From: Takakia lepidozioides
Taxonomy: Eukaryota; Plantae; Bryophyta
Direction: 5' to 3'
NCBI GenBank assembly: GCA_030704615.1
Contig: CM060734.1
Location: forward strand, 49,786,001 to 49,850,000
DNA: 64,000 nucleotides
Shown: positions 10,663-22,351 of the stretch, piece after piece
Position numbering within the stretch: the first letter of the stretch is position 1
Layout: each line of letters starts with the position of its first letter
Notes under the pieces: model-generated
Seen by the model: the letters and a program-made list of their open reading frames with translations, nothing else
The model's database searches: none
Told to the model about the DNA's origin: nothing
Translations under genes and position numbers: made by a program

Positions 10663-13600
10663 TCAACGCTTCTTCCGTTTTTGAGGTCGCCCTTCGAAAG
10701 CTGCAACCGCCTCGGATGCGTTTCCCATTTCTGAGGCACGCACCCAAGATGCCTCCACATGATGATAGCCCTTCCATTTGACGAGATACTCAGTTTCTCG
10801 GTTCTTGAACCTCCTCGACTTAAATATTGCCTCCACCTCGTACTCAGGTTCATTTTCATGATCCAACAACATAGGTGGCGGACGCAACACTTGATGCCGA
10901 TTCGGACGCGCTTCATCTTTGAAGTAAGGCTTCAAAAGGGAGACATGGAATACTGGGTGCACCTTGCTGTTTGCCGGCAGCTCCAATTCATACACATCCT
11001 CATTCATAACCTTCCGAATGCGAAAGGGTCCCGCATACGGAGGTACGAACTTCGGACTCACTTCCGGAGGTAGTCGGAAATTCTTGATGTTCAACCAGAC
11101 CTCTGTGCCTGCCTCAAACTTCACTTCCCTCCGCTTCCGATTCGCCTGCCTTTCATACCGTTTCCTAGCTTTGGCAATATTGTACTTTGCGAGCTTCAAC
11201 AAACGCTCGCGTTCTTCCAGTACCGCCGCTACTGCCGGTTCCTCAACGTCCTGGGCGGCCCAACTTGTCGGCACCAGAGGTGCTTTTCCATAGACCAATA
11301 CGAAAGGGGAAACTCCCGTTGCGGAGTGTTCTGTGTTATTATAACAGAACTCTGTCGCGTCTAAGTGTTCCACCCAGTCTGTTTGGTCTGCCGACACGTA
11401 ATTCCGCAAGATCTGCTTCACTACGGAATTCACCCTTTCTGTTTGGCCGTCGGTCGTAGGTCGGAAGGCGGTGCTCATCTTCAGCCTCGTCCCCATCTTC
11501 TTCCAAAGTGCCCTCCAAAATTTACTCGTAAACTTTGGATCGCGGTCCGAGACAATATCCTTCGGGACTCCATGATGTTTTAAGACGTGGGCGAAGTAAA
11601 GTCGCCCTGTCTCCTGCGCCGTTGCCGTCTCCTTGGTGGGGATGAAATGGCCCATTTTACTGAACCTATCCACCACCACCATGATTGCATCGAATCCTTT
11701 TGACAGCGGCATAGCAGTCATGAAATCCATCGAGACGCTTTCCCAAGTCCCCTCTGGAATGGCAAGGGTTGTAACAGCCCGCTTGCTTTTTGTACTCGCT
11801 TCGGTTTTGTTGGCATGTGGTGCATGTCTTGACATACTCCTCTGCCTCCTCCCTCAGTTTGGGCCAGAAATTCTCTTTCTTCAAGAGTGCCGCAGTGCGC
11901 TTGGCTCCGCCGTGGCCGGCAAGCGGGCTATCACGACATTCTCTCAAGAGGCTATCTCTGATCCCTCCCTTCGGCACGTAGAGACGTTTTTGCTTATACC
12001 GGAGCAGTCCATTTTGCAAGTGGAACTGCGATTTACCCCCCATCCTCAAGTCCTGCATCGCGGACTTTGCCAGCTCATCCTTCCGGCAAGCCTTCCGGAT
12101 CTTCCTTTGGAGCGCCGTCTCGCCCTTGTACACCAACAAGAGCTACTGCTTTCTACTTAAAGCATCGGCCACCACGTTGTCTCGTCCCGGTTTGTACTGG
12201 ATATCCACGTCAAACACCGCCAAAGTATCTTGCCACCTAAGTTGTTTTGGGGACAACTTGGGCTGCGTGGCAAAATACTTCACCGTGACATTGTCCGTGA
12301 ACACCTTCACTGGGTTGGAACCAACATAGTGGCTGCTTCAATTCAGCAAAAGCTTGGCCACAAAAGGTGTTCCATGCCCAGACTTTAGATTTACACAGAA
12401 GGTCTGATAGCGGCCCCGCAATCTTGGCGAAATTTCTCACATACTTCCGGTAATAGGAGGCGAGTCCTAGGAAGGATCGCACTCCCGGGACCAAAGTCGG
12501 AGGCTCCCAGTCCAAGATCGCCCTCACCTTTCTGTCATCCATTTTGATCCCATCCTGTGTAATCACATGCCCCAGGAACTCCACTTTTGTGACCCCGAAT
12601 TTGCACTTTGAAGCTTTGGCATACAGCTTCCTTTCTCGCAATTTTTGGAACACCCTTTTCAGGTGCTCCAGGTGCTCCTCCTTTGTTTTCGAGTACACCA
12701 AGATGTCGTCGATGTACACGATCACAAAGTCATCCAACCACTCCTGGAAAAGGCTGTTCATCAGCGTGCTAAATGTCGCTGGTGCATTGGTGAGCCCAAA
12801 AGGCATCACCAAGAACTCATATGAACCATACCTTGTCCTGCACGCGGTCTTCTCCTCATCTCCTTCCGCCACCCGAATTTGGTGTTAGCCGGAGCGCAAG
12901 TCGATCCGGCTGAAATACTTCGCTCCTGCCAACCGATCGAAGAGGTTGTCGATCCTTGGCAAAGGGTACCGGTTTTTGATAGTTACCTTATTCAGAGCCC
13001 TGTAATCGACACACATCCGCAGCGTCCCATCCTTCTTGTCTGCAAATAGCACCGGGGCTCCGTAAGGTGACTTACTCGGCCGGATGTACCCCTTTGACAT
13101 TAGATCCTTGAGCTGAGTCTTCAGCTCGACCAACTCTCTGTGGCTCAACCGGTAGGGCGTCTTGGCAGGCGGTTCCGATCCCGGTATCACCTCAATCTTG
13201 TGGTCAACTCCTCTTCGCGGTGGCAAGCCGCTTGGTAAATCCTCCGGCATCACATCCTGGTATTTCTCCAAAATCCCCTTGATCCAATCTGGGCTCGGCT
13301 CCCCATCGCCTTCTCCTTTCACTTCTCTAATGTAAAGCAAAAACTGGGGCTCGTGTGCCTCCTCCACGGCCCACTCCTTTGCTGACAGAAGGTTTATTCG
13401 CCCTCCCACGGATTTGGGCGTTTCTGACACTCGTAAAACCTCGCCACCATTCCCACATGGCAGCATGACTACTCTCTTGCGGCCATCTATGACCGCTCCG
13501 GATTTGCTCAAAAAGGTCATCCCCAAAATGAGATCCACTCCATCGATCTCGCAGATGGTGAAGTTCTCACGTCCCTCCCAACTCCCCAGTTGAAGAGGAA

Positions 13601-14009
13601 CATCAAACACCAACCTTGTCGCCAACTGTGGTTCTCCTTTGGCAGAACGCACCTCAATAGAGGCCCCCACGTCACTTGTCGGGAGTCCCAACTTTCGCGC
13701 CGCCGCCGGCGTCATGAAGGAGTGCGACGCTCCTGTGTCCACCAACAACGACACGTTAGTTCCGGATATTATCCCATCCACGAACAATAACTGACTCCCT
13801 TTACGCAGGGCGCCAGTTTCCTGATACAACTCACAAGAATAGTTGCCTACCTTGCAAGTCCTGGCGACCACCGCTTCCACCAAGCGACTGATGGTATCTT
13901 CCGACAGCTCCGTGGTTGCCCGAGTCATGTTCAATTGTCGAGGTTTTGTGCACTTCTTGGCCATGTGCCCGGGCTCCCCGCAATTGAAACACACTCCATC
14001 AAAGGTCAC
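10663..14009 (-). pseudogene. pol: pol of copy A: aspartic protease, RT, partial RNase H, integrase, chromodomain
   Basis: [10 protein letters not shown]; YIDDILVYS; H..GH..C..C; SMDF / SDRD / GQTER; GPF; YEVEAI..YLVKWKGY..ASW. There is a stop at 12885, a deletion at 12332 and a frameshift near 11790. Confidence 0.95.
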
Positions 14010-15004
14010 ATTCTGTCCGCCATAAGCCGCTCCACCCGCTTTTCCTTTCGAAGCACCGGGTGCCGCCTTGATGTGTGAAGGCCCTCCCTTCGATTTCCAC
14101 GTGCCATTGTCGCCGCGTGGCCTATCCCACTTCTTTTCCGGTCGGAAGGAGTCACCTTCCCGCCGGGTCTTCTTGTGGTTCAGCTCCGTACGGCCTTGTC
14201 TCTCACCCTAGGGACATCCGAGAAACATTCAGCCCTCTCAATTGCCTCGTTCAAAGTCTTGGGTGGCTTCTCCTCCAACTTTCGTCTGGCCCATGGGGCC
14301 AGTCCCGCCACAAAGTTGAAGACCATTTCTGGTTCTGCCATGTCCGCGACTTCGAGCAACAACACATTGAAAGCCTGGACATACCCCCAAATGTCATCTG
14401 TTTGCTTCAAATTCCTCATCTTGTCCCGGACAAGCCAGGACGCGTTGAGGGGCACAAGCTGTCTCTTCATCAATTCCTTGAACCCACTCCAGTTCAAGGT
14501 TTCCGGGCTTGGGCCTCGGTCGTGAAGGCGTTTCTGCCACCATTGTTGAGCATAGCCCCTCAAATAGGTGGGAGCCACTTCCACCCGATCCTCGTCACTC
14601 AACTTGGCCGCCCGGAAGTACTGCTCTAGCTCCAGGAGCCAGGTGTTGAGTGCCTTCTGATTTCGGACGCCCTCGAAGGTGCCGGGTTCCTTAGGCTTCA
14701 CCTTAAACTTTGCCTTAGCGGGAGTGGCATTAGCCGCCTTCAACACGTCTTTCAACGTCCCGCCAAACTGCGCCAACAACCTTTCCCAAAAGGCTGCCGG
14801 CATGGGAGGCATCTCTTGGTTTGTCGGAGCTCTCAAGGATTCCTCGGGCTCCTCGGATTCCTCCCGCTCTTGAGCGGCCTCGTTTTCGGAAACATGCATC
14901 GCTTCCTCAAACGGCCGCCTCGGTGACACGTCGCCCTCATCGAGCTCACCAGGGTCATCATCTTTTGGGCCGTTCCGCTTTTGCTTCGGCTTGCCCGACC
15001 CCAT
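13950..15004 (-). CDS. gag: gag of copy A (Retrotrans_gag plus CCHC knuckle), frameshifted near 14200
   Basis: [27 protein letters not shown], and [14 protein letters not shown]. Confidence 0.9.
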
Positions 15005-15046
15005 GATGAGGCCAATCCCAAGGACGATCGCGAACTGAACTCTAAG

Positions 15047-15057
15047 CTCTGATACCA
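15047..15057 (-). promoter_or_regulatory. Primer-binding site for tRNA-iMet
   Basis: The minus strand reads TGGTATCAGAG, 2 nt from the 5' LTR end. Confidence 0.9.
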
Positions 15058-15059
15058 AG

Positions 15060-15793
15060 TGTCGCGCACCTCACTTCGGTAAGCTCCCCTTCAAGTCATA
15101 GTTACTCGCTTTGATGCGCGCGCCTGACTCCCAACCTGGCCGCCCGGGCCAACTTGGAGCTTCGGCTGCTCACCGGGACATAACGGTCCCCCTTCGCTTC
15201 CTCCTAAACCCTCCACCTATTTGGGCCTAGGAGAATTCCCTTTGATAGATGGCAGTCCGGAACAGCTCCCCACTCTTTGGTCGTTTTCCGGCTCGCTCGC
15301 TCGCTTACTCACTAGTTTTTGGTCACCAACGGGCTTGCACCGTTCTCGGGGTCACTACTCCCCTTATATATACTTTTGTAGCTGTCCGCGGGGGTTTCAC
15401 AACCAGCCATGCCATTTTATGGCGAACCACCACGAAAACCCTCGACTCCCGGTGATGAGTCGCGGTGAGTCTTGGCCCACTCACCACGGCCCCTATGGAC
15501 CGTGATGAGTCCCAAGACTCCCCACGACTCCCACCACGAGATCTCCGCCCCCATGGTGAGTCCTATGCCACCCCCACTAAGTCCCGCTAAGCTACCACCA
15601 CCCCTTGTGGAGCCACCCCCACCGCAACCCGGTGTGCGGGGCTCCACCTAGTGAGCGCCTCCGCTTCCCTGAGTGCCTTGGGCACTCAAGGGTGCTTCAG
15701 CCCCCCCCATACCTATCGCTGCCGCTGCCCCCACCACAGGGGCAGCCCCTCGTGTGTCCCGACCCCCTGCCCTCAAGGCAAAGGGCCGCGACA
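15060..15793 (-). repeat. 5' LTR of copy A
   Basis: Differs from 9038-9768 by roughly six substitutions and two small indels, counted by eye. Confidence 0.95.
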
Positions 15794-16336
15794 TGGATCA
15801 TCTGTCAGACCCTTGTCCTTCCGGGAAGCGGGCGACACTCTTCTCCTCTCGGGTCCTCCTGGGTGTAAAGTCCAAGGTGCAGGTGAAGAACACAAATATC
15901 CCGGAGACTTTATCGACCTTTCCCAATACTCCTCACCCTCTCTGTTCAGTACGCAGGGTCTGGTCTATCCAACCCACAGGGCAACCGTCGGGGACTCAGC
16001 TACGGCTCCGCTGCACCTGGTTCCGTCTCTTCCTTGTATATCTCCCCAGCTCGAGGGTTGGACAGCCCAAATCCGCAGGAGTCAGGTGACTTAAACTCAT
16101 TTCTCGCTCCTTGCTCATTCTCCTAGTTTCACTTAGTTTGGGGTCTGATATTCATCTGTCGCTCCAGGTAAGAAAATCTGCAAATTATAATCTTCCTGTC
16201 AAACGACGTCTGCATTGGAATGCAGTTTCGAGGTAAATTATTCCTTCGATGCGTTTTCATTCCATCTCGGATGTCGAGTGCTCAAGGGACAATTTTTTGT
16301 GCTTGCCTGTTGTTGCCCCTCCACTCCTCCCGTCGT

Positions 16337-16885
16337 TCAATGGCAAATATCTCCAACATCTTTGTAACCCAACCTTGTAGCCGCTGCCCAAACTTTTGTC
16401 AATCTGGGGAAGTGTTTCGAAAGGTAGTTCACAGCGTGACCCTGAACTACTGGCACAATATTCTGCACCAAAGAGGCAAAAAAGAGCCCTCGAGCCATTT
16501 CCTTCCTGTGCATGAAATCTTTCCAACGGACAAAAGGCTGACAAGAAAAAAAAAACGGACTCCAAACACATGAGGACTCCCTCGGATGTTGTGGCGCCTC
16601 GTCAATCCAAGCCCGCGGGAATCCACTGTTCTTCTGCAAGACATTCCAATAAGGCTTCAATGGTACATTTCAAAACAATTTCTCCACTTTCGTTTGCAGT
16701 TTGTTTTGCTGTCCCAAACTAACTCCGTAATTTTTATACAAGCGAGTATGGAGCCGCATAACTTCTTGAATGCGCCTCCCGACAAGGTGCGTCCACTAAC
16801 CTCCACTTGGCAGCCGACGTTCATCTTTTCGTGATCTCGAACTCTTCGATATATTGTCTACTCTTGGTCCTTTATGATAGTCCAT
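16337..16885 (-). pseudogene. Decayed hypothetical protein gene
   Basis: One frame with two stops: MDYHKG..*WTHLVGRRIQEVMRLHTRLY..QNKLQTKVEKLF*NVPLKPYWNVL..GFPRAWIDEAP.. Confidence 0.45.
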
Positions 16886-17559
16886 TGTTGGGACACTTAT
16901 GTCTCCGAAAACGTAGAGGTCACTCTGAAACTAAGAAACACTACATCGTGTTGTTTCTGACGGCGGGAACACTTAAATTTTGCAGGATGGCATCGTCCAT
17001 CAACCTTCATTTGCCACATCGGGGAAGAGGAAACGGATGTATGAGGTACGTTCCATGGGGCACGTGAGTGGGCTAGAGTAGTAGGAGTGAGTAGTTGGAA
17101 GGAGGAGATTAGGAGGCTAGACAGTTCTCTGGGGGTAGTACTATGAGTGTGAGCTTGTATTAGTTTGGATTGGACGCGGGGTTTTTTTGAGGGGATGTCC
17201 TCAAGGTAGTGGTCTAATAGCCAGCAGATTTCAGTAACGAAATCTTGTCTGGGTGGCAGGATGTGATATGCATGTGGGTTAGGAGTAGAGTATTTATGCC
17301 AGAGCCACGCTAGCCGATCATTGGGAATGAGGCCAATGTATCAGCCGGTGTGGGCGTAGATTTTTGACCATTGAAGGCCCTGACAGATTAAGGGGGAGTC
17401 GTGGGCAATGTCTTTATCAGGGTTACATTCGGTAGTGTTGATGTGAATGTGAGGAATGGCGAGCGGATAGGGAATGTTGCGGGCATCTGTGAGTTGTGCT
17501 TGAGAGACATGTTGTTGGTGAGTGTGTGTTAGGTAGTTAATGTTGGTACGTTTATGGAA

Positions 17560-17756
17560 TGCAGTAAGGAGGGAGAGATTGTGGATGGGGTCACAATCAT
17601 CGTGTGAACCAAAGAGGTCGTCCTCAATCTGCCAAGTGTTGTCATCTGAGGAAAAACCAACCCATTTGCAAAGGTAGTACGTATCTTGATATGTAGCGTC
17701 AATCGCGTCAATTGATGTTTGGGTTCTGACCCCGAGAATGTTTTCCAGAATGAAGG
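17560..17756 (-). CDS. Chromodomain within the LINE polyprotein, downstream of RT
   Basis: FILENILGVR..YYLCKWVGFSSDDNTWQIEDDL in ORF 17341-18210. Confidence 0.8.
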
Positions 17757-20700
17757 CGGTGGAGTTGCTAGGATCGGCAGTCGGAGAACACAACGGGGGG
17801 GAGGGGGGGATTATGTCTACCTCAGTGTTGTAAGAAGTAGGGGAGAGGGTGGGGGAGGTTTGAGTGTGCGAATGAAGGGGTGGTGGACTGGCAGGGTCAT
17901 GACTACGGGTTTGGGTATGAGGTGAGGAGTAGGAGGGGGAGGGGGCTGACGGGGCGCAGGGGAGAGTGTCAATGGTATCAGTATCCTTGGCATGAGATGA
18001 TTTAAGCATTTGTAGAATAGAGGGAGCAGGGGCGGTACGAAAAGTGGGGAGTAGATCCTGTGGACTGTGGGGAAAAAGAAGACATGGTAGGTCACATTCA
18101 AGGGTACATGAGGCCGATGGGTGGCAAAATAGGGTACGGAGGTGATTAAGAAATCTGCAGGTTTTGGCAGTGGCTCGTGTGTGTTTAAGGGTTAATTCTA
18201 TGGGGGTCAAGAGGCGGTTGCGGTGGCGGTGGTGAGCTGGGTGAGGGTCGTGATGTGTCGTCCTTTGAAATATTTGATGATAAGTATCTTTTGGCAGGGA
18301 AACTTGCGTTCAAATTGGGAGATGAAGGGCTAGTATGTCAGGCCTGTTCGAGGGGAGATATGGATTTGGGGTAATCAGAGAGATCGGTTTGCACACTGGT
18401 TTTCATCTGGCGGAATATGAATAGGGAGCGGGCAGTAGGGGAATGGAGACAAGATTGTAAATGGAGGAAAGGTAGTGAGTGAAGTCTGTTATACTTAGTG
18501 GCAAGGTGTTTAAGTAGCCCACAGTGGATGAGACCTAGACGACCCGGGTCTTTGAGGGCTTCGAGTAATTGGGAGCCAAGAGTGCGCGAGTATGATATTA
18601 TTAAAGGACTAGTACCGATGCCAAAGCTGTCCGTGGGGAGTTGAGTGAAAGCATTGGGAGTGCTAGTTGGGAGACCACAAATGCGCTTAGTGAGTTGGAT
18701 AATTTGTCTGTCGATTTGGATGATGTTAGGGAGGGAGAAGGGAGCCGCATGGAAGGAGTATTGGACCTATGGTTTTAGAATGGATTCTATTAGAGAGAGT
18801 TTGGGCCTGATGGCTATGGGGGCTTTGAGGAGAGCCAGGCTTTTATTAGTTAGTTTGGTGAGTGTAGCGATTTTTTGTATGTGCCATGTGAGCGAGGGGA
18901 CAAGTTGAATACCTAAGTATGTGTAGGGTTCATTAGGCCCCAGGAAGGGAAATGGTTTGTTCTGGTATTGGATGTATAGTTTGCAGTGTGACGCAATAGA
19001 AGATTTGGTGAGCTTACTGCGGTGGGTAGCCGCAGTGACGGCGCATTTATGAAGACTTAGTTCCATTCCAGACCGTTGGTTAAAGCGTGATAGTTTTTCA
19101 ACTTGCCGGTTGAGGTGTTGGGGTTTGTGCGCAAGGATGGCAAGCTCATCTGCGTAAGCGGCAGCAGAAATTTTGTTTGAGGAAGTTTTGTATTGGTATC
19201 CAAGTTTGCCGCGTGCAATCCATCTGAGCAAGGGTTCAAGGAAGATGATAAAGAGATAAGGACTAAGGGTATCGCCTTGGATAGTGCCTCATAGAATCGG
19301 GATGGGAGGGGTGGAACCATAATATGAGCCTATATATTCCGTGGAGCTGTTAGTGTAAATATTGCCGATGAGTTGTATGGCGTCTGATGGATAGCCTAGG
19401 TCCGTCATAATGGCGAGTAGACGTGGGTGGTCTAAGGAGCCGAAAGCATTTTTGAAGTCGATATATAGGAGATATATATCTTGTTTTGTGAGTTTGGCGT
19501 CCTCTAGGGCGGATAACACATATTGTATTTGTCTAGTAGTGCTACGTGTGGCGTGGAAGCCTTCTTGTGGGTCACTAAGAATACGGCGGTGTTCACCATA
19601 ATTGGACAACATCTTGGTAAGGGTGTTGGTAAATAGTTTATAGATAGTGTTAGCGAGAGCAATGGGTCTGTAGTTGCTAATATCCGTAGGGTCGCCTTTC
19701 TTGAAGAGGAGAATGGTGCGGCTATGCTTCCATGTATGCGGGATCCAGCGGAGTTGGTAGCAAAGTTTAAAGAATTTGAAGAAGAGGAGGTGAAGTACAG
19801 GGTCGAGAGCTTGTAGAATAGCATTTGGAATCAAATCGGGGCCAGGGGCTTTGGCTTTGGGAAGAGCTTTGAGGCAGGATTCAAAGATATCAAGAGTGAA
19901 GGCGTCATGGATGAGGTCTGATGGAGAACCACGGTTCTCCTGTGAAAAGCCGTCTAAGTCGTGCCAGGGGTAGTGGCGGACTTTACACACGCAGTCAGGG
20001 GTGTGTAAGGTATGGTGCAGGCAGTGCGTAGTGGTGGGAGTGTAGGAGGATGAGGCTTGAATCCATTTCATTTTTTATGTCATTAGGGGTGGTGAGTAGT
20101 TGGCCTGATCTATATTTGAGGCAATCAATGGGTGGGTTTAGAGCAGGGTTGTGGTCATGAAGTAATTGGCCAAAGGATGAAACAAATCTTTTGTGATCAG
20201 CCGTGGCTTTTTCTTTAGTAATAATGTAGGCGGCTTTTTTAGCGTCTCTCCCCAGCTTGGAGAGGGCAGCAATCCAGTTAGGAAGATTGGAGGGGTTGTT
20301 GGGAGGGGGCATGATCGGGTTGCAGACAGATAGGGAGTTTAGGCATGAGATACGAGGATCGGAGCTCCAGTCTTTGTGTAGTGGGAGGGTGGAAGAGTTA
20401 GGAATAACGGTGAGAGCTCTGCGGATAGTGTGATAGGTGTTTAGGTGGGAGGTACAGGCCCGCTTTTGTGAATGGGTAAGATATCCCCCGTTTTGTTTAG
20501 AGCGGGAGGTTTGGGGCAGGTCCGGGGGAGCGGCACACGTGGCGAGAACGCTTTTGGTCATTTCTAGTAAGATGGAAGAGAGGGTGAGCTCTGCTTCGAG
20601 CCAGGTATTATCGGGTTCCTGTGATAGGTTCGTATCTGAGAGGATATGGGAGAGGTTTTGTGTTAGGATAGAGGCAATAGGTTGGAAGTGGTTTTGGAAG

Positions 20701-22297
20701 GCTGTGATGTTATGTTTGGGTAATGGAGATAAGATCTTGGGTTGGGGAGAGGGGGTAAGGATGGAAGGGAGGGGGCGGAAGGGAACAATGGAAGGGGGAA
20801 GAGAGATTGATACTGGGTAGTGGTCGGCTATCAATGTGAATATGGCTGTGGAGATAGGACGGGATCTCAGTGCTGGTTTTGAGATAGAAACCATCAAGGA
20901 GGCTGAGAGAGTAGTGGAGACCACCTTGCCTGGAGTAGTGGTGATCTGCGGGTATGTAGCTAAAGTGGTGTTGTTGAGTGAACTTGGCCCAATCATGATC
21001 GGAAGGGAATGGGGGTTGGTGAGAACCTTTACAGGAGTGTCCAAGGAGAGCAATATCTCTGTTGAAGTCGCCAGCAAGAATGTAGTGGTGATGCTGCTGA
21101 TCAGGGTGGGTAATCATATTGGAAATTGCAAGCTTAATATCTGGGATTAGTTGGAGGTCATCAGTGTGGGAGGGCATGTATAGGTGAATGATGGTAATTG
21201 GGTGAAGAGCAAACAAATAAAGTTGGATAATTTGGAGATGGGAGCGAAGAGGGATGGGGACGTTCACCTTGGTGGTGGTGCTGGGAGAGTGATGGGTACG
21301 TAGGATGCCAATGGCAACGCCACCCCGGGTGGGGCAGTATGGGGGCCGAGCACCGCCTAAGGCATTGCGGAGCCGACAAAGGGTTGCCATACAGGAAGTA
21401 ATATGTCGGGAGTAGCTTATTTATGTATGAACTGTTAGGGCGGTTGGTTTGTAGTTTAGTTTCTTGTAGTAGAATAATGTGCGGGGAGATGGAGTCTGTG
21501 AGAAGGTGTATGAGGCTTTGTATACTAGAGGCCATAGAGCCCACGTTCCACGTGATGATGTTAAGAGAGTTGGTACTTAGATTGTAGGCGGAGGAGGAGG
21601 GGTCGGGAGAGGGGGGTGTAGGTGCATTTGAGTGAGTAGGCAGGGGTGGGAGGGGTTGGGGGGGTGGAGGCAGGGGGAGAGCCGTGAATCCAGGGAGAGG
21701 GGTTATTGCCTTTAGGGTGGCAGAGAGGATATCATTGGATAAAAATGAGAACTTATTAGAGAGGGCTGGCAAGTCGTGAGTCGGGGAGGTAAGTGAGGCA
21801 AGATGGTCGCCTAGGATTGTATGGACCACTCCGGGTTTGGATTGTAGGAGTTGAAGCGAGGAGTGTAATTCAGAGAGATGGTGTGGAGGGGCTAGGTAGT
21901 TGTTGGGGAGCGGGGGCAGTTTATGTATGTTGCGTAACAGAGAACGGGTCTGGGAAAGGGAGTGAGATTCAAAGTAGATATCACATGTGTCTAGTAGCGG
22001 GGAAATAAGAATGATGAGGGCAAAGATGATGTGTTGGGTGGGAGACACCTTGAGTCTGTGTGTGGCATGGGTGAGAGCTGGGAGAAGGCAGGCAGGGAGG
22101 CCAAAGGTGGCGATTTGGTGTGTAAGGGAAGTATGATGTGTGGGGTTGGGGGGTTGAGGTTTTGGGAGGAAAGGGGTGAAGTGGTCAGAGAGATGTCGGT
22201 ATGGGTGTGTAAGGGAGATGGTATTTTGTTGGAAATATAAAGCATATCTATCTTGTGAGTCAGAGGATAGTTGAAAAATGATATCATCTATAGAAGA

Positions 22298-22351
22298 GGG
22301 TCCTGGATTTGGGTGTATGTCACCACATCTGAGGAGGATGAGGTCAATACA
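22298..22351 (-). other. 2A-like (StopGo) motif CIDLILLRCGDIHPNPGP upstream of the APE domain
   Basis: Matches GD(V/I)xxNPGP, with H in place of the consensus E. Confidence 0.7.

Larger units (their letters stand above)
9038..15793 (-). mobile_element. Full-length Ty3/Gypsy chromovirus LTR retrotransposon (copy A)
   Basis: Near-identical TG..CA LTRs at 9038-9768 and 15060-15793; TSD TGGAT at 9033-9037 and 15794-15798; PBS TGGTATCAGAG; PPT; order gag-PR-RT-RH-IN-chromodomain. Confidence 0.97.
8911..16094 (+). pseudogene. Exon interrupted by the 9038-15793 LTR element
   Basis: The frame VQEDADD...AQIEGG (8911-9037) continues in frame as SSVRPLSFREAG...RRSQVT* (15799-16094) once the element and one TSD copy are removed. 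Confidence 0.55.
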
